Shown one piece after another: positions 10,475-18,716 of a stretch of 64,000 nt of DNA; the first letter of the stretch is position 1, and every line of letters starts with the position of its first letter. The stretch is from Nitrospirota bacterium. Lineage in GTDB: Bacteria > Nitrospirota > Thermodesulfovibrionia > UBA6902 > DSMQ01. The stretch is from NCBI GenBank assembly GCA_016208965.1, contig JACQXB010000022.1, positions 4,506-68,505 of the forward strand, read 5' to 3'. Both the position numbers and the translations under genes were made by a program. Under the pieces are notes generated by a model. The model saw only the letters and a program-made list of their open reading frames with translations. It ran no database searches and was not told the DNA's origin.

Positions 10475-10495
10475 TGGTATAATTAATTCATACCA
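10475..10495 (+). promoter_or_regulatory. extended -10 promoter element overlapping an inverted repeat (putative operator)
   Basis: TGgTATAAT at 10475-10483. Inverted repeat tggtat(10475-10480)/atacca(10490-10495), 16 nt upstream of ATG 10511. Confidence 0.4.
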
Positions 10496-10510
10496 TAGGG
10501 GGGTGTCAAG

Positions 10511-10747
10511 ATGACAACAGCAGTGAAAAAAACAATATCCCTTCCGCCTGACCTTGCAAAAGAGCTTGAAACAATCGCAACAGAAGAAGGGAAAACAGTA
10601 AGCGCGATTGTTCAGGATGCCCTGAGGATTACGAGAAAGGAAAGGCTGAAAAGAGAATTCTATCAGATTCAGGGCTACTGGAGCCGTAAGGCAAAAGAAA
10701 AAGGCATTCTTACCGAGAAAGACATTGAGAAATATCTCAAAAAATGA
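10511..10747 (+). CDS. ribbon-helix-helix (CopG-like) antitoxin
   Basis: KKTISLPPDLAKELETIATEEGKTVSAIVQDALR. 4-nt overlap with the PIN gene. Confidence 0.7.
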   Translation: MTTAVKKTISLPPDLAKELETIATEEGKTVSAIVQDALRITRKERLKREFYQIQGYWSRKAKEKGILTEKDIEKYLKK

Positions 10748-11136
10748 GGATTGTCTTTGACACAAATATCTTTATCTCCGCAATTGTAATACCTCACAGT
10801 CAAGCAGAAAAGGCGATTCTAAAAATTATTGAAGGCGATGACACATTGATAATTTCAAGAGAGATTATCAACGAGGTTTTAACAGTGCTTGCCACAAAGT
10901 TCCACCACGACAGAGAGGCGATTAGTCATGTAGCCCTTTACCTTTTAGAACTTGGACAAATGACAAATCCCAAGAAGAGAGTTCAGGTTTTCAAAGATGA
11001 ACCTGACAACAGGATCCTTGAGTGTGCCCTAAGCGGTAAAGTTGAAGCCATAGTAACCGGCGATAAAGAAATGTTGAAACTCAAAGAGTATGAAGGGATA
11101 AAAATTATAAGCTTGAAAGAGTATCTGGAGTTGTAG
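10744..11136 (+). CDS. PIN-domain toxin
   Basis: MRIVFDTNIFISAIV... and AIVTGDKEML, the typical PIN family pattern. Confidence 0.8.
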   Translation: MRIVFDTNIFISAIVIPHSQAEKAILKIIEGDDTLIISREIINEVLTVLATKFHHDREAISHVALYLLELGQMTNPKKRVQVFKDEPDNRILECALSGKVEAIVTGDKEMLKLKEYEGIKIISLKEYLEL

Positions 11137-11282
11137 TCAATAACTGCCCATATCACTTAAATCACCAGATAGAAGATACAGCAAAAGATTTTGCAGGAAT
11201 TGCACGGGGGTATTTGAGTAATAAAAGTTGAAGAGATTATTAAAAGGATTCTGAAAAATGGATAAGAAAGATATACTACACC

Positions 11283-12905
11283 CTACAGCTTTCCCAGTGT
11301 CCTTATAAGTGCCTCTGCTTTTTTAAGGGTTTCATAATATTCCCTTTCAGGGTCAGAGTCTGCCACGATTCCAGCGCCCGCCTGAACATGGGCAATGTTA
11401 TTCTTAATCACAAATGTCCTGATTATGATATTTAAATCCATCTCCCCTGTAAAGCTTATATAACCAAATGAGCCTGTATAAGGACCTCTTGCAGTAGGCT
11501 CAAGCTCATCTATTATCTCCATGCATCTTACCTTTGGAACACCTGTTATTGTGCCTCCGGGAAATGCTGCCTTTATTGCATCAAAACAGTCCTTGTCTTT
11601 TGCGAGAGTGCCTCTAATATTTGAGACAATGTGTATTACATGGGAGTAGTCTTCTGTAAGCATAAACTCATCTACAAAGACCGAGCCATAATCAGAGATC
11701 CTGCCTAAATCATTCCTTTCAAGGTCAATAAGCATAAGGTGTTCTGCACGTTCTTTCTCGTTAAGCAAAAGCTCTGCCCTCATCTCAATATCACCTTTAG
11801 CATTTATACCCCTTGGCCTTGTGCCTGCAATTGGTCTTGTCTCTACAATATTCCCATTAACTCTTAATAGCCTCTCAGGTGAAGAACTGACTATATGATA
11901 ATCGCCCATGTTTAAATAGCCTGCAAAAGGAGAAGGGTTTATTTCTCTTAAAGTAGAATAAATCTGCCATGGCTTAACATCCCCTATATCCGCTGATACC
12001 CTCTGTGAGAGATTTGCCTGAAATATATCACCTGCTCTTATATATTCCTTTGCTTTTTTTACGATGTTCATATAATTTTCCTTACTCATCTCATGGCGGA
12101 TTTCAACAGGGTGTTTTGAATCTATTTTCTGAAAATCCCCCTCTCCTCGGATTGAACTTATTCTTCTGTAAATTGAATTAATTTTTTCACAAGCCATGTC
12201 GTAACAAGATTGGGGATTGGGGATTGGGGATTGGGGACTAAACCCTTGACTCCTTATTTTTCCCCCACTCTGACACTCTGACACTTTGACACTCTGATAC
12301 TGTATTATCTCCCTTGCCCCCGGGCATGATATGATGTATGTCTTTTTATCTTTGTGGTCAAAGGCAATAACAGTATCAAAAAAAAGAAAATGGGCATCAG
12401 GTATATTAAGGTCATCAATTGCAGTTCGTGGTAATCGCTCAAAGTAATGAACAAAATCATAACTCAAAAGACCAACTGCTCCACCTATAAAAGGAGGAAT
12501 ATTTACAGGTTGTTCTATTTTGTATGGTATCAGGATTTCTCTTAAATTTTTAAGAGGTGTTTTTGTTCTTTCCGATTTCCGACTTTTGACTCCTGTCGCC
12601 TCAGGCGATTCGTTAGGACGAGACTCCTGACGCCTCAGGCGACTCGCTGTGGCGAGACTCCTGACTTCAATATCTACAATGCCATCTTTCACCTTAAAAA
12701 TTAAAAATGGCTCTACACCTATAAAAGAATATCTGGCAATCTTTTCAGGTCCATTTGCACTTTCAAACAAGAAACTATACGGGGATTCAAGGTATTCATA
12801 TATTTCATGAGGAGGTATAAATGGGATCTCTGCATAAATAGGATGGATTTTGCCCTGTTTTGCATCTTCTATGAATTTAGATTTTGAAGGAAGGATATTA
12901 ATCAT
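11283..12905 (-). CDS. chorismate-utilising enzyme, anthranilate synthase component I / aminodeoxychorismate synthase (TrpE/PabB family), with two repeat-derived insertions
   Basis: GDIFQANLSQR, SPERLLRV, ETRPIAGTRPRG, ERAEHLMLIDLERNDLGRI, FPGGTITGVPKVRCMEIIDELE, RGPYTGSFGY. Confidence 0.85.
   Translation of the reverse strand: MINILPSKSKFIEDAKQGKIHPIYAEIPFIPPHEIYEYLESPYSFLFESANGPEKIARYSFIGVEPFLIFKVKDGIVDIEVRSLATASRLRRQESRPNESPEATGVKSRKSERTKTPLKNLREILIPYKIEQPVNIPPFIGGAVGLLSYDFVHYFERLPRTAIDDLNIPDAHFLFFDTVIAFDHKDKKTYIISCPGAREIIQYQSVKVSECQSGGKIRSQGFSPQSPIPNPQSCYDMACEKINSIYRRISSIRGEGDFQKIDSKHPVEIRHEMSKENYMNIVKKAKEYIRAGDIFQANLSQRVSADIGDVKPWQIYSTLREINPSPFAGYLNMGDYHIVSSSPERLLRVNGNIVETRPIAGTRPRGINAKGDIEMRAELLLNEKERAEHLMLIDLERNDLGRISDYGSVFVDEFMLTEDYSHVIHIVSNIRGTLAKDKDCFDAIKAAFPGGTITGVPKVRCMEIIDELEPTARGPYTGSFGYISFTGEMDLNIIIRTFVIKNNIAHVQAGAGIVADSDPEREYYETLKKAEALIRTLGKL
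12208..12302. repeat. intragenic tandem word repeats: (attgggg)x4 then (gacactct-like)x4
   Basis: Read directly. Encodes ...YQSVKVSECQSGGKIRSQGFSPQSPIPNPQSCYD... in-frame within the TrpE/PabB-like ORF. Confidence 0.7.
12570..12668. repeat. intragenic repeat block (ttccgattt/ccgactttt; 2x gactcctgNcgcctcaggcgaNtcg)
   Basis: Read directly. Encodes ...RSLATASRLRRQESRPNESPEATGVKSRKSERTK... in-frame. Confidence 0.7.
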
Positions 12906-12933
12906 TGGTGATAGTTATTTATGGGTGTAAGCA

Positions 12934-13060
12934 CTAAATTCTAATATCTAAATCCTAAACAAATCCAAATGACCTAAATTCGAAACAGTTTTAAAAGTTT
13001 GAATTTTGGATTTAGATTTTAGATATTGTTTAGAATTTAGGATTTCGGATTTAGAATTTT
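12934..13060. repeat. intergenic inverted block of about 7-nt words (aaatcct/aaatcca ... ggattta/agatttt/aggattt/agaattt)
   Basis: Left half is the rough reverse complement of the right half. Lies between trpE/pabB-like and pyrF (same strand). Confidence 0.65.
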
Positions 13061-13067
13061 ATTTTTG

Positions 13068-13787
13068 TCACACACTCGCTATTTCTTCTTCAATACGCTC
13101 CAGTGCCTTAATCGGGTCGGGCTGAGAAAGTACTGCCCTGCCTATTACAATATAATTAGCGCCGTGCATCAATGCATCTTTTGGGGTCATTGTCCTTTTC
13201 TGGTCATCTAATGGAGCCCATGATGGTCTTATCCCCGGAGTTATTATCAAAAAACCTCTGCCACAATAAGACCTGATCGTTTCTATATCCTCAGGAGATG
13301 CAACGACTCCATCAAGCCCTGCTTTGAGGGCAAGCCCTGCAAGATGCCTTACCTGTGTGCGCAGATTCTGTGATATTCCAAGTTCATCGGAAAGTGCCTT
13401 CCGGTCTATACTGGTAAGGATGGTTACGCCGAGCAACAAGGGTCTTTGAATATTCTCATTCAGTGAACTCTTCACAAGTGCCTCTGTGGTCTCTATCATC
13501 ATCTGAAAACCACCAAGCGTATGGATATTAAACATGAATACCCTAAGTTTAGATACCACCCTTGCAGTTTTTGCTACAGTTGTTGGGATATCATGATATT
13601 TGAGGTCAAGAAAAACCTTCTTGCCCATTGAATTAATCTCTTCTACTATCTTTGGGCCAACCGCAGTGAATAGCTCAGAGCCGACCTTAAATATATCAAT
13701 GTAGTTTCTAAATTTCTTGATGATTTTGATGGCATCATTAAAATCTGCTGCATCAAGGGCAAGGATTATGCGGTTATGAGATTTCAT
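13068..13787 (-). CDS. pyrF: orotidine 5'-phosphate decarboxylase
   Basis: ILALDAADF..., FKVGSELF, FLDLKYHDIPTTV, IVIGRAV. Confidence 0.9.
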   Translation of the reverse strand: MKSHNRIILALDAADFNDAIKIIKKFRNYIDIFKVGSELFTAVGPKIVEEINSMGKKVFLDLKYHDIPTTVAKTARVVSKLRVFMFNIHTLGGFQMMIETTEALVKSSLNENIQRPLLLGVTILTSIDRKALSDELGISQNLRTQVRHLAGLALKAGLDGVVASPEDIETIRSYCGRGFLIITPGIRPSWAPLDDQKRTMTPKDALMHGANYIVIGRAVLSQPDPIKALERIEEEIASV

Positions 13788-13803
13788 AAAGTCCTGACAC
13801 AGA

Positions 13804-13883
13804 TTAGCTTTTAGCTTATTAGCTTTTAGCTTAGTAAATTTATCATTATAGCTTATAGCTTATAGCTTATTAGCTTATAGCTA
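13804..13883. repeat. tandem heptamer words (tagcttt/tagctta; tatagct x5)
   Basis: Read directly. An inverted counterpart lies at 14451-14481 on the other side of dcd. Confidence 0.7.
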
Positions 13884-13884
13884 T

Positions 13885-14433
13885 TTAAATCTTTGGCAGT
13901 GTTATCCCTTTCTGCGCCTGATATTTTCCTGCCTTATCCTTATAAGATATCTCACATATCTCTGATGCCTGTATGAAAAGTAGCTGTGCTATGCCTTCAT
14001 TGGCATATATTTTTGCAGGCAGTGGCGTAGTGTTTGATATCTCTATGGTCACATGCCCTTCCCATTCAGGCTCAAGAGGAGTTACATTTACCACAATACC
14101 ACATCTTGCATAAGTAGATTTGCCAAGACATATCACTATTACATCTCGTGGTATTTTAAAGTATTCAGCAGATGTAGCAAGTGCAAAAGAATTTGGAGGT
14201 ATTATGCACACATCACCTTTAAAATCAATGAAACTCTTTGAATCAAATTTTTTAGGGTCAATTATCGTATTGTTTATATCAGTAAAAATTTTGAATTTAT
14301 CTGATACCCTCATATCATAACCATAAGAACTTATACCATAGGAGATAACACTTCCTCTTATCTGATTCTCTGAAAATGGGGTTATCATCCCCTTCTGGGA
14401 CATCTCCTTAATCCAGCGGTCATTTTTCACCAT
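13885..14433 (-). CDS. dcd: dCTP deaminase
   Basis: Dcd-like sequence over the full length (e.g. ...[16 protein letters not shown]...), typical length of 182 aa. Confidence 0.9.
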   Translation of the reverse strand: MVKNDRWIKEMSQKGMITPFSENQIRGSVISYGISSYGYDMRVSDKFKIFTDINNTIIDPKKFDSKSFIDFKGDVCIIPPNSFALATSAEYFKIPRDVIVICLGKSTYARCGIVVNVTPLEPEWEGHVTIEISNTTPLPAKIYANEGIAQLLFIQASEICEISYKDKAGKYQAQKGITLPKI

Positions 14434-14450
14434 AAGGGTTTTCCTTCTTC

Positions 14451-14481
14451 AAGCTATAAGCTATAAGCTATAAGCTATATA
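14451..14481. repeat. (agctata)n tandem heptamer, inverted relative to 13848-13883
   Basis: aagctataagctataagctataagctatatag. Confidence 0.7.
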
Positions 14482-14498
14482 GTGAGTGTATTAATTTA

Positions 14499-14576
14499 TA
14501 AAATCCCTCCTAAACCTCCCTTTGCTAAAGGGAGGAATTTCCCCTCTTTGGCAAAGAGGGGCGAGGGGAGATTTTT
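14499..14576. repeat. G/C-tract palindromic element, intergenic copy with two hairpins
   Basis: aaaatccctcc...cctccctttgctaaagggagg...cccctctttggcaaagagggg...ggggagatttt. Confidence 0.65.
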
Positions 14577-14615
14577 AGGTTAATGTCCATTTAATTTTGA
14601 GACCCTTAATATATT

Positions 14616-15479
14616 TTACACTGGTATCAGATAATTCATCAATGTAAATACAAATATGGTGATACTTATGTATCCGTTCACATTGAAAAATGCCATATTG
14701 AGTTTGCTAAGGTCGTGTGGTTTTATTAGCGAATGCTCATAAATCAAAAGTGCCATTGCAATTAAAACTCCAAAGAGATAAGCCCACCCTAAATTAAAAA
14801 TAGGAATCAGACCCAAAAGTAACCCTATGGTAATCAGATGGGAAAGCCTCGATATAAAGAGAGAAGTCTTTATCCCGAACTTAGCAGGTATAGAATAAAG
14901 ACCATGGGTTTTATCAAAATCTATATCCTGTAACGCATAGAGCACATCAAAGCCTGCAATCCAGAATGCAACAGCAAATGGCAGTGGAAGTATTTCAAGG
15001 TCAAATGTTCCCTTTACTGCAATCCATGCACCGATTGGGGCAAGTGATATAGCAATACCGAGTATAAGGTGGCTTAACCATGTAAATCTCTTGGAGTAAG
15101 AATACACGATAAGCACCAGAATCACAAAAGGTGATAACTTAAAACAGAGTGGATTGAGATTATATGCAGAAATAACTAAAAGGGCAAAGGCAATCACAGT
15201 AAAAAGAAATGCCTCCCCTACCCTAACAACTCCGCGAGGAAGCTCCCTATTTTTTGTCCTTGGATTAAGTGCATCAATTTTTCTGTCAATAATCCTGTTC
15301 ATTCCCATTGCGCCTGAGCGCCCTCCTACCATTGCGAGGGCTATCCAGAATATTTGCAGGGGATTTGGGATACCATTCGCTGCAAGGAGTGCTCCTGTAA
15401 ATGCGAAAGGAAGTGCAAATACAGAGTGTGAAAATTTTATAATCCTTAGATAGTCTCCTGCTTTCCTAAAAATAGACAT
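14616..15479 (-). CDS. UbiA-family aromatic prenyltransferase (4-hydroxybenzoate polyprenyltransferase / MqnP-like)
   Basis: Polytopic membrane protein with NRIIDRKIDALNPRTKNRELPRG and a second Asp-rich region (YALQDIDFD). Confidence 0.8.
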   Translation of the reverse strand: MSIFRKAGDYLRIIKFSHSVFALPFAFTGALLAANGIPNPLQIFWIALAMVGGRSGAMGMNRIIDRKIDALNPRTKNRELPRGVVRVGEAFLFTVIAFALLVISAYNLNPLCFKLSPFVILVLIVYSYSKRFTWLSHLILGIAISLAPIGAWIAVKGTFDLEILPLPFAVAFWIAGFDVLYALQDIDFDKTHGLYSIPAKFGIKTSLFISRLSHLITIGLLLGLIPIFNLGWAYLFGVLIAMALLIYEHSLIKPHDLSKLNMAFFNVNGYISITIFVFTLMNYLIPV

Positions 15480-15620
15480 GAATTTATTGTAATTTCACAC
15501 TCCATGAAAAGCAACCACATAAATTTGAAATTTAAAGTATTCAATGATAAGATATTCTGCATTCCTTAAGGAATCCAATTGACAATCTACAATTAACAAT
15601 TGACAATTTCATAATTTACG

Positions 15621-16877
15621 ATGGCAGAGATAATTCCGTTTAAAGGCATTTTGTATAATCCACATAAGGTGGATACCAGTTCTGTTATGGCTCCACCTTA
15701 TGATATCGTCACGTCTGAGCTTAAAGATACCCTTTATGGTAGAAGCCCATATAACATTATCCGTATTGACTTTGGTAAGGAAATGAGAGGCGATACTGAC
15801 AAAGAGAATCGCTACACAAGGGCATCAAGGTTTCTAAGTGATTGGCTTAAGAACAAAGTGTTACTTAAGGACACAAAGCCATCATTTTATTGTTATGAGA
15901 TAACTTACAGGATAGCAGATAAAAAGAAAAAAATAAAAGGTATTATAGGTGCGGTAAGGATTGAAGAGCTTAATAAGGGTAAAATTCATCCACATGAAAT
16001 GACCTATTCAAAGCCAAAAACAGACAGATTGAACATACTGCGATATTGTATGGCAAACACAAGCCCTATATTTTCACTTTATAGTAGTAAGGATAGACTT
16101 ACATCTTGCATACTTAGAGAAACCACAAAAGGCAGGGCATCAATTAAGGCTATAGATGGTGATGGCTTTATTCACAAACTCTGGCGGATAAGAGGTGAAA
16201 GAACAATTGAAACTATAAAGAAAGAACTCTCTGCTCAGCATATCTTTATTGCAGACGGACATCATAGATATGAGACTGCACTTGAGTTTAGAAATGAAAT
16301 GTATAAAAAAGGCATTTTAAAAACAGGCAAAGAGCCTTTTAATTATGTAATGATGTTTCTTACAAACATGGAAGACAATGGATTGACACTCTTTCCAACA
16401 CATAGATTAGTAAAAATGAGAAAGGGTATAAACATAGAAAAATTACTTAAACCATATTTTGATATAACACCTGAAGACCCTCAAGGTACAACAGAAAGCA
16501 AGATGTTTAGTATTATGAAAAAAGGGAGGAACATTCTTGGAATGTACCTTAAAAATAAAAAGGCATTTTATGTTTTGAAATTTAAAGATTCGTATTCAGA
16601 AATAAATTCGCATGAGAGCCTAAAAAGACTTAATGTAACAATACTCCATAAGTTCATTCTTGAGAGGTTATTAAGGGTTGATAAGATAGAATACGAGATG
16701 AACCCTGAATTAGCAATAGAGAAAGTAAATAAAGCCGTATACCATGCTGTCTTCTTTCTTAACCCCACAAGGATAGAAGATGTGAAGAATGTCGCCCTCG
16801 CAGGAGAAAGGATGCCGCCAAAGTCCACTTACTTTTATCCAAAACTACTCACGGGAATGGCGATTTATAAGTTTTGA
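15621..16877 (+). CDS. DUF1015 family protein
   Basis: IIPFKGILYNP...APPYDIV...IADGHHRYETAL...PPKSTYFYPKL, the characteristic pattern. Confidence 0.8.
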   Translation: MAEIIPFKGILYNPHKVDTSSVMAPPYDIVTSELKDTLYGRSPYNIIRIDFGKEMRGDTDKENRYTRASRFLSDWLKNKVLLKDTKPSFYCYEITYRIADKKKKIKGIIGAVRIEELNKGKIHPHEMTYSKPKTDRLNILRYCMANTSPIFSLYSSKDRLTSCILRETTKGRASIKAIDGDGFIHKLWRIRGERTIETIKKELSAQHIFIADGHHRYETALEFRNEMYKKGILKTGKEPFNYVMMFLTNMEDNGLTLFPTHRLVKMRKGINIEKLLKPYFDITPEDPQGTTESKMFSIMKKGRNILGMYLKNKKAFYVLKFKDSYSEINSHESLKRLNVTILHKFILERLLRVDKIEYEMNPELAIEKVNKAVYHAVFFLNPTRIEDVKNVALAGERMPPKSTYFYPKLLTGMAIYKF

Positions 16878-16997
16878 TTGTAACAAATGTTTATTACTTT
16901 GAAACATTAGTTTGCCACACCCCCGTCAGATAAAGGAAATCAGCTAACCTCCTTTAAAAGTTATCATTGTTGCAAGCATTTCCGCCCATTTTGCCAT

Positions 16998-18197
16998 CTT
17001 TATATCCCACATGGTTCAGATGAAAGTCATCTCACCCATTCCTCTCTTTTATCTATTTCCATCTTTATATCCCACATGGTTCAGATGAAAGCAATTACTC
17101 TTTTATCAGATGTTATTAATTTCATTAACTTTATATCCCACATGGTTCAGATGAAAGTTTCCATATTTCATAGTCTTCCGTGCTCATTCCACTCTTTATA
17201 TCCCACATGGTTCAGATGAAAGTCATCCGCAGTATCTTTATAAACATCGTCTATCTCCTTTATATCCCACATGGTTCAGATGAAAGTCCCCTCTCAAATA
17301 AGTCTCGCAGGTCTCCTTCACCTTTATATCCCACATGGTTCAGATGAAAGTCTGCGTCCCTTGCGTACACGTATTTCTTTATGAGCTTTATATCCCACAT
17401 GGTTCAGATGAAAGCTAAAAAGAATTTTTGCATCTGTAGTTTGATTTCTAACTTTATATCCCACATGGTTCAGATGAAAGTTGTGCTTCCCATGCTCTCA
17501 TGAGCATCATCACATACTTTATATCCCACATGGTTCAGATGAAAGTTTAATGAGTATTTTGTCCATTATTTTCACTCCTTTCTTTATATCCCACATGGTT
17601 CAGATGAAAGACAGATACTTTCCGTCAAACGTGAGTTCTCTCCTTGACTTTATATCCCACATGGTTCAGATGAAAGTCATAAGTGATTTTGAGTTGTAGG
17701 TTTCGAAACTTCGCCTTTATATCCCACATGGTTCAGATGAAAGCAAACGTCTATGGTGTAGACTCTGGACATCTGAACCCTTTATATCCCACATGGTTCA
17801 GATGAAAGGTCTTGGTCAATTGAGAGTTTTAGGTTTGTGATTGCTTTATATCCCACATGGTTCAGATGAAAGGAGGAATTTTCCGTCGTATGTAAGTCCC
17901 TGAGGGTTCTTTATATCCCACATGGTTCAGATGAAAGAATGCTGTCAGAGCTACTGCGTGTGTATCCTGGAACTTTATATCCCACATGGTTCAGATGAAA
18001 GAACTCCTCTCTGGTAGTAGCTCATTGCTTGAGCTAACTTTATATCCCACATGGTTCAGATGAAAGTTATCTGATGTCCACAGTGTGATTGCTATTGTTC
18101 CTGCTTTATATCCCACATGGTTCAGATGAAAGGGAGAACATTTCCTTCGAATAAAAGTTTGCCTTTGGCTTTATATCCCACATGGTTCAGATGAAAG
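16998..18197 (-). CRISPR. CRISPR array: 19 identical 29-nt repeats, 18 spacers of 35-38 nt
   Basis: Plus-strand repeat is CTTTATATCCCACATGGTTCAGATGAAAG. Starts counted at 16998, 17063, 17129, 17194, 17258, 17322, 17386, 17452, 17517, 17582, 17648, 17715, 17780, 17844, 17909, 17973, 18038, 18104 and 18169. Minus orientation is inferred from cas2 adjacency and the I-B-like form CTTTCATCTGAACCATGTGGGATATAAAG. Confidence 0.97.
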
Positions 18198-18446
18198 GCA
18201 GTTGTCAAAGAGCTGTTGACATAAGCCTTAAAGCCTTTAATTACAACTATTTTAGCAGTTTTTAAACCAGATATGCATAGCCGTGAAATGAAGTTTCTTG
18301 CATCAACCCTCTAATCGCGTTTTCGGTTCTTGGAAAAAACTGTCTTCAATTCCTTGCCCGATAAGCATTTCAGCCTTATACCTCTCAAAAAGAGGTTTGA
18401 TGCAGCGCAAAATTAAAAGCAATTTCCTTGCCAGCAGACTATTAGC
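18198..18446 (-). promoter_or_regulatory. putative CRISPR leader between cas2 and the first repeat
   Basis: 249-nt non-coding gap downstream of cas2 and abutting repeat 19. Position-based inference only. Confidence 0.5.
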
Positions 18447-18713
18447 CTATAGTATATTCCCTGTCAACTCCTTCTCAACTCCCATAACAGTCTTTCGGTA
18501 ATTGAGCCTGTTTTCAAGGCTGTAAAAATATATAGAATCTTCTTCTCCATTTATGGTATTAAGTAGTTCATATCTGCATTTCTGAAGTTTTCCTTCGGTA
18601 ATATCTCCCTCAAACACCGAATTCTGCACCCACATAAAATACTTTTTTAGTATCTTTCTGACTTTGTTGACCCTCTCTTCTCTGATATCGTATGTAACAA
18701 TCAAATATGGCAT
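18447..18713 (-). CDS. cas2: CRISPR-associated endoribonuclease Cas2
   Basis: MPYLIVTYDI...RVNKVRKILKKY..WVQNSVFEGDIT; 88 aa. Confidence 0.9.
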   Translation of the reverse strand: MPYLIVTYDIREERVNKVRKILKKYFMWVQNSVFEGDITEGKLQKCRYELLNTINGEEDSIYFYSLENRLNYRKTVMGVEKELTGNIL

Positions 18714-18716
18714 TGC

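Noticed and set aside
17481-17699. 72-aa ORF inside the CRISPR array, and the 18298..18501 ORF in the leader
   Set aside because: The first is produced by periodic translation of repeats (the repeated HMVQMK peptide). The second lies in the non-coding leader with no RBS or motif. Both are artefacts of ORF calling.
17027-18168. Self-targeting spacers
   Set aside because: I compared the 18 spacers by eye with conspicuous parts of the window and saw no match. This is not a rigorous search, so no claim is made either way.
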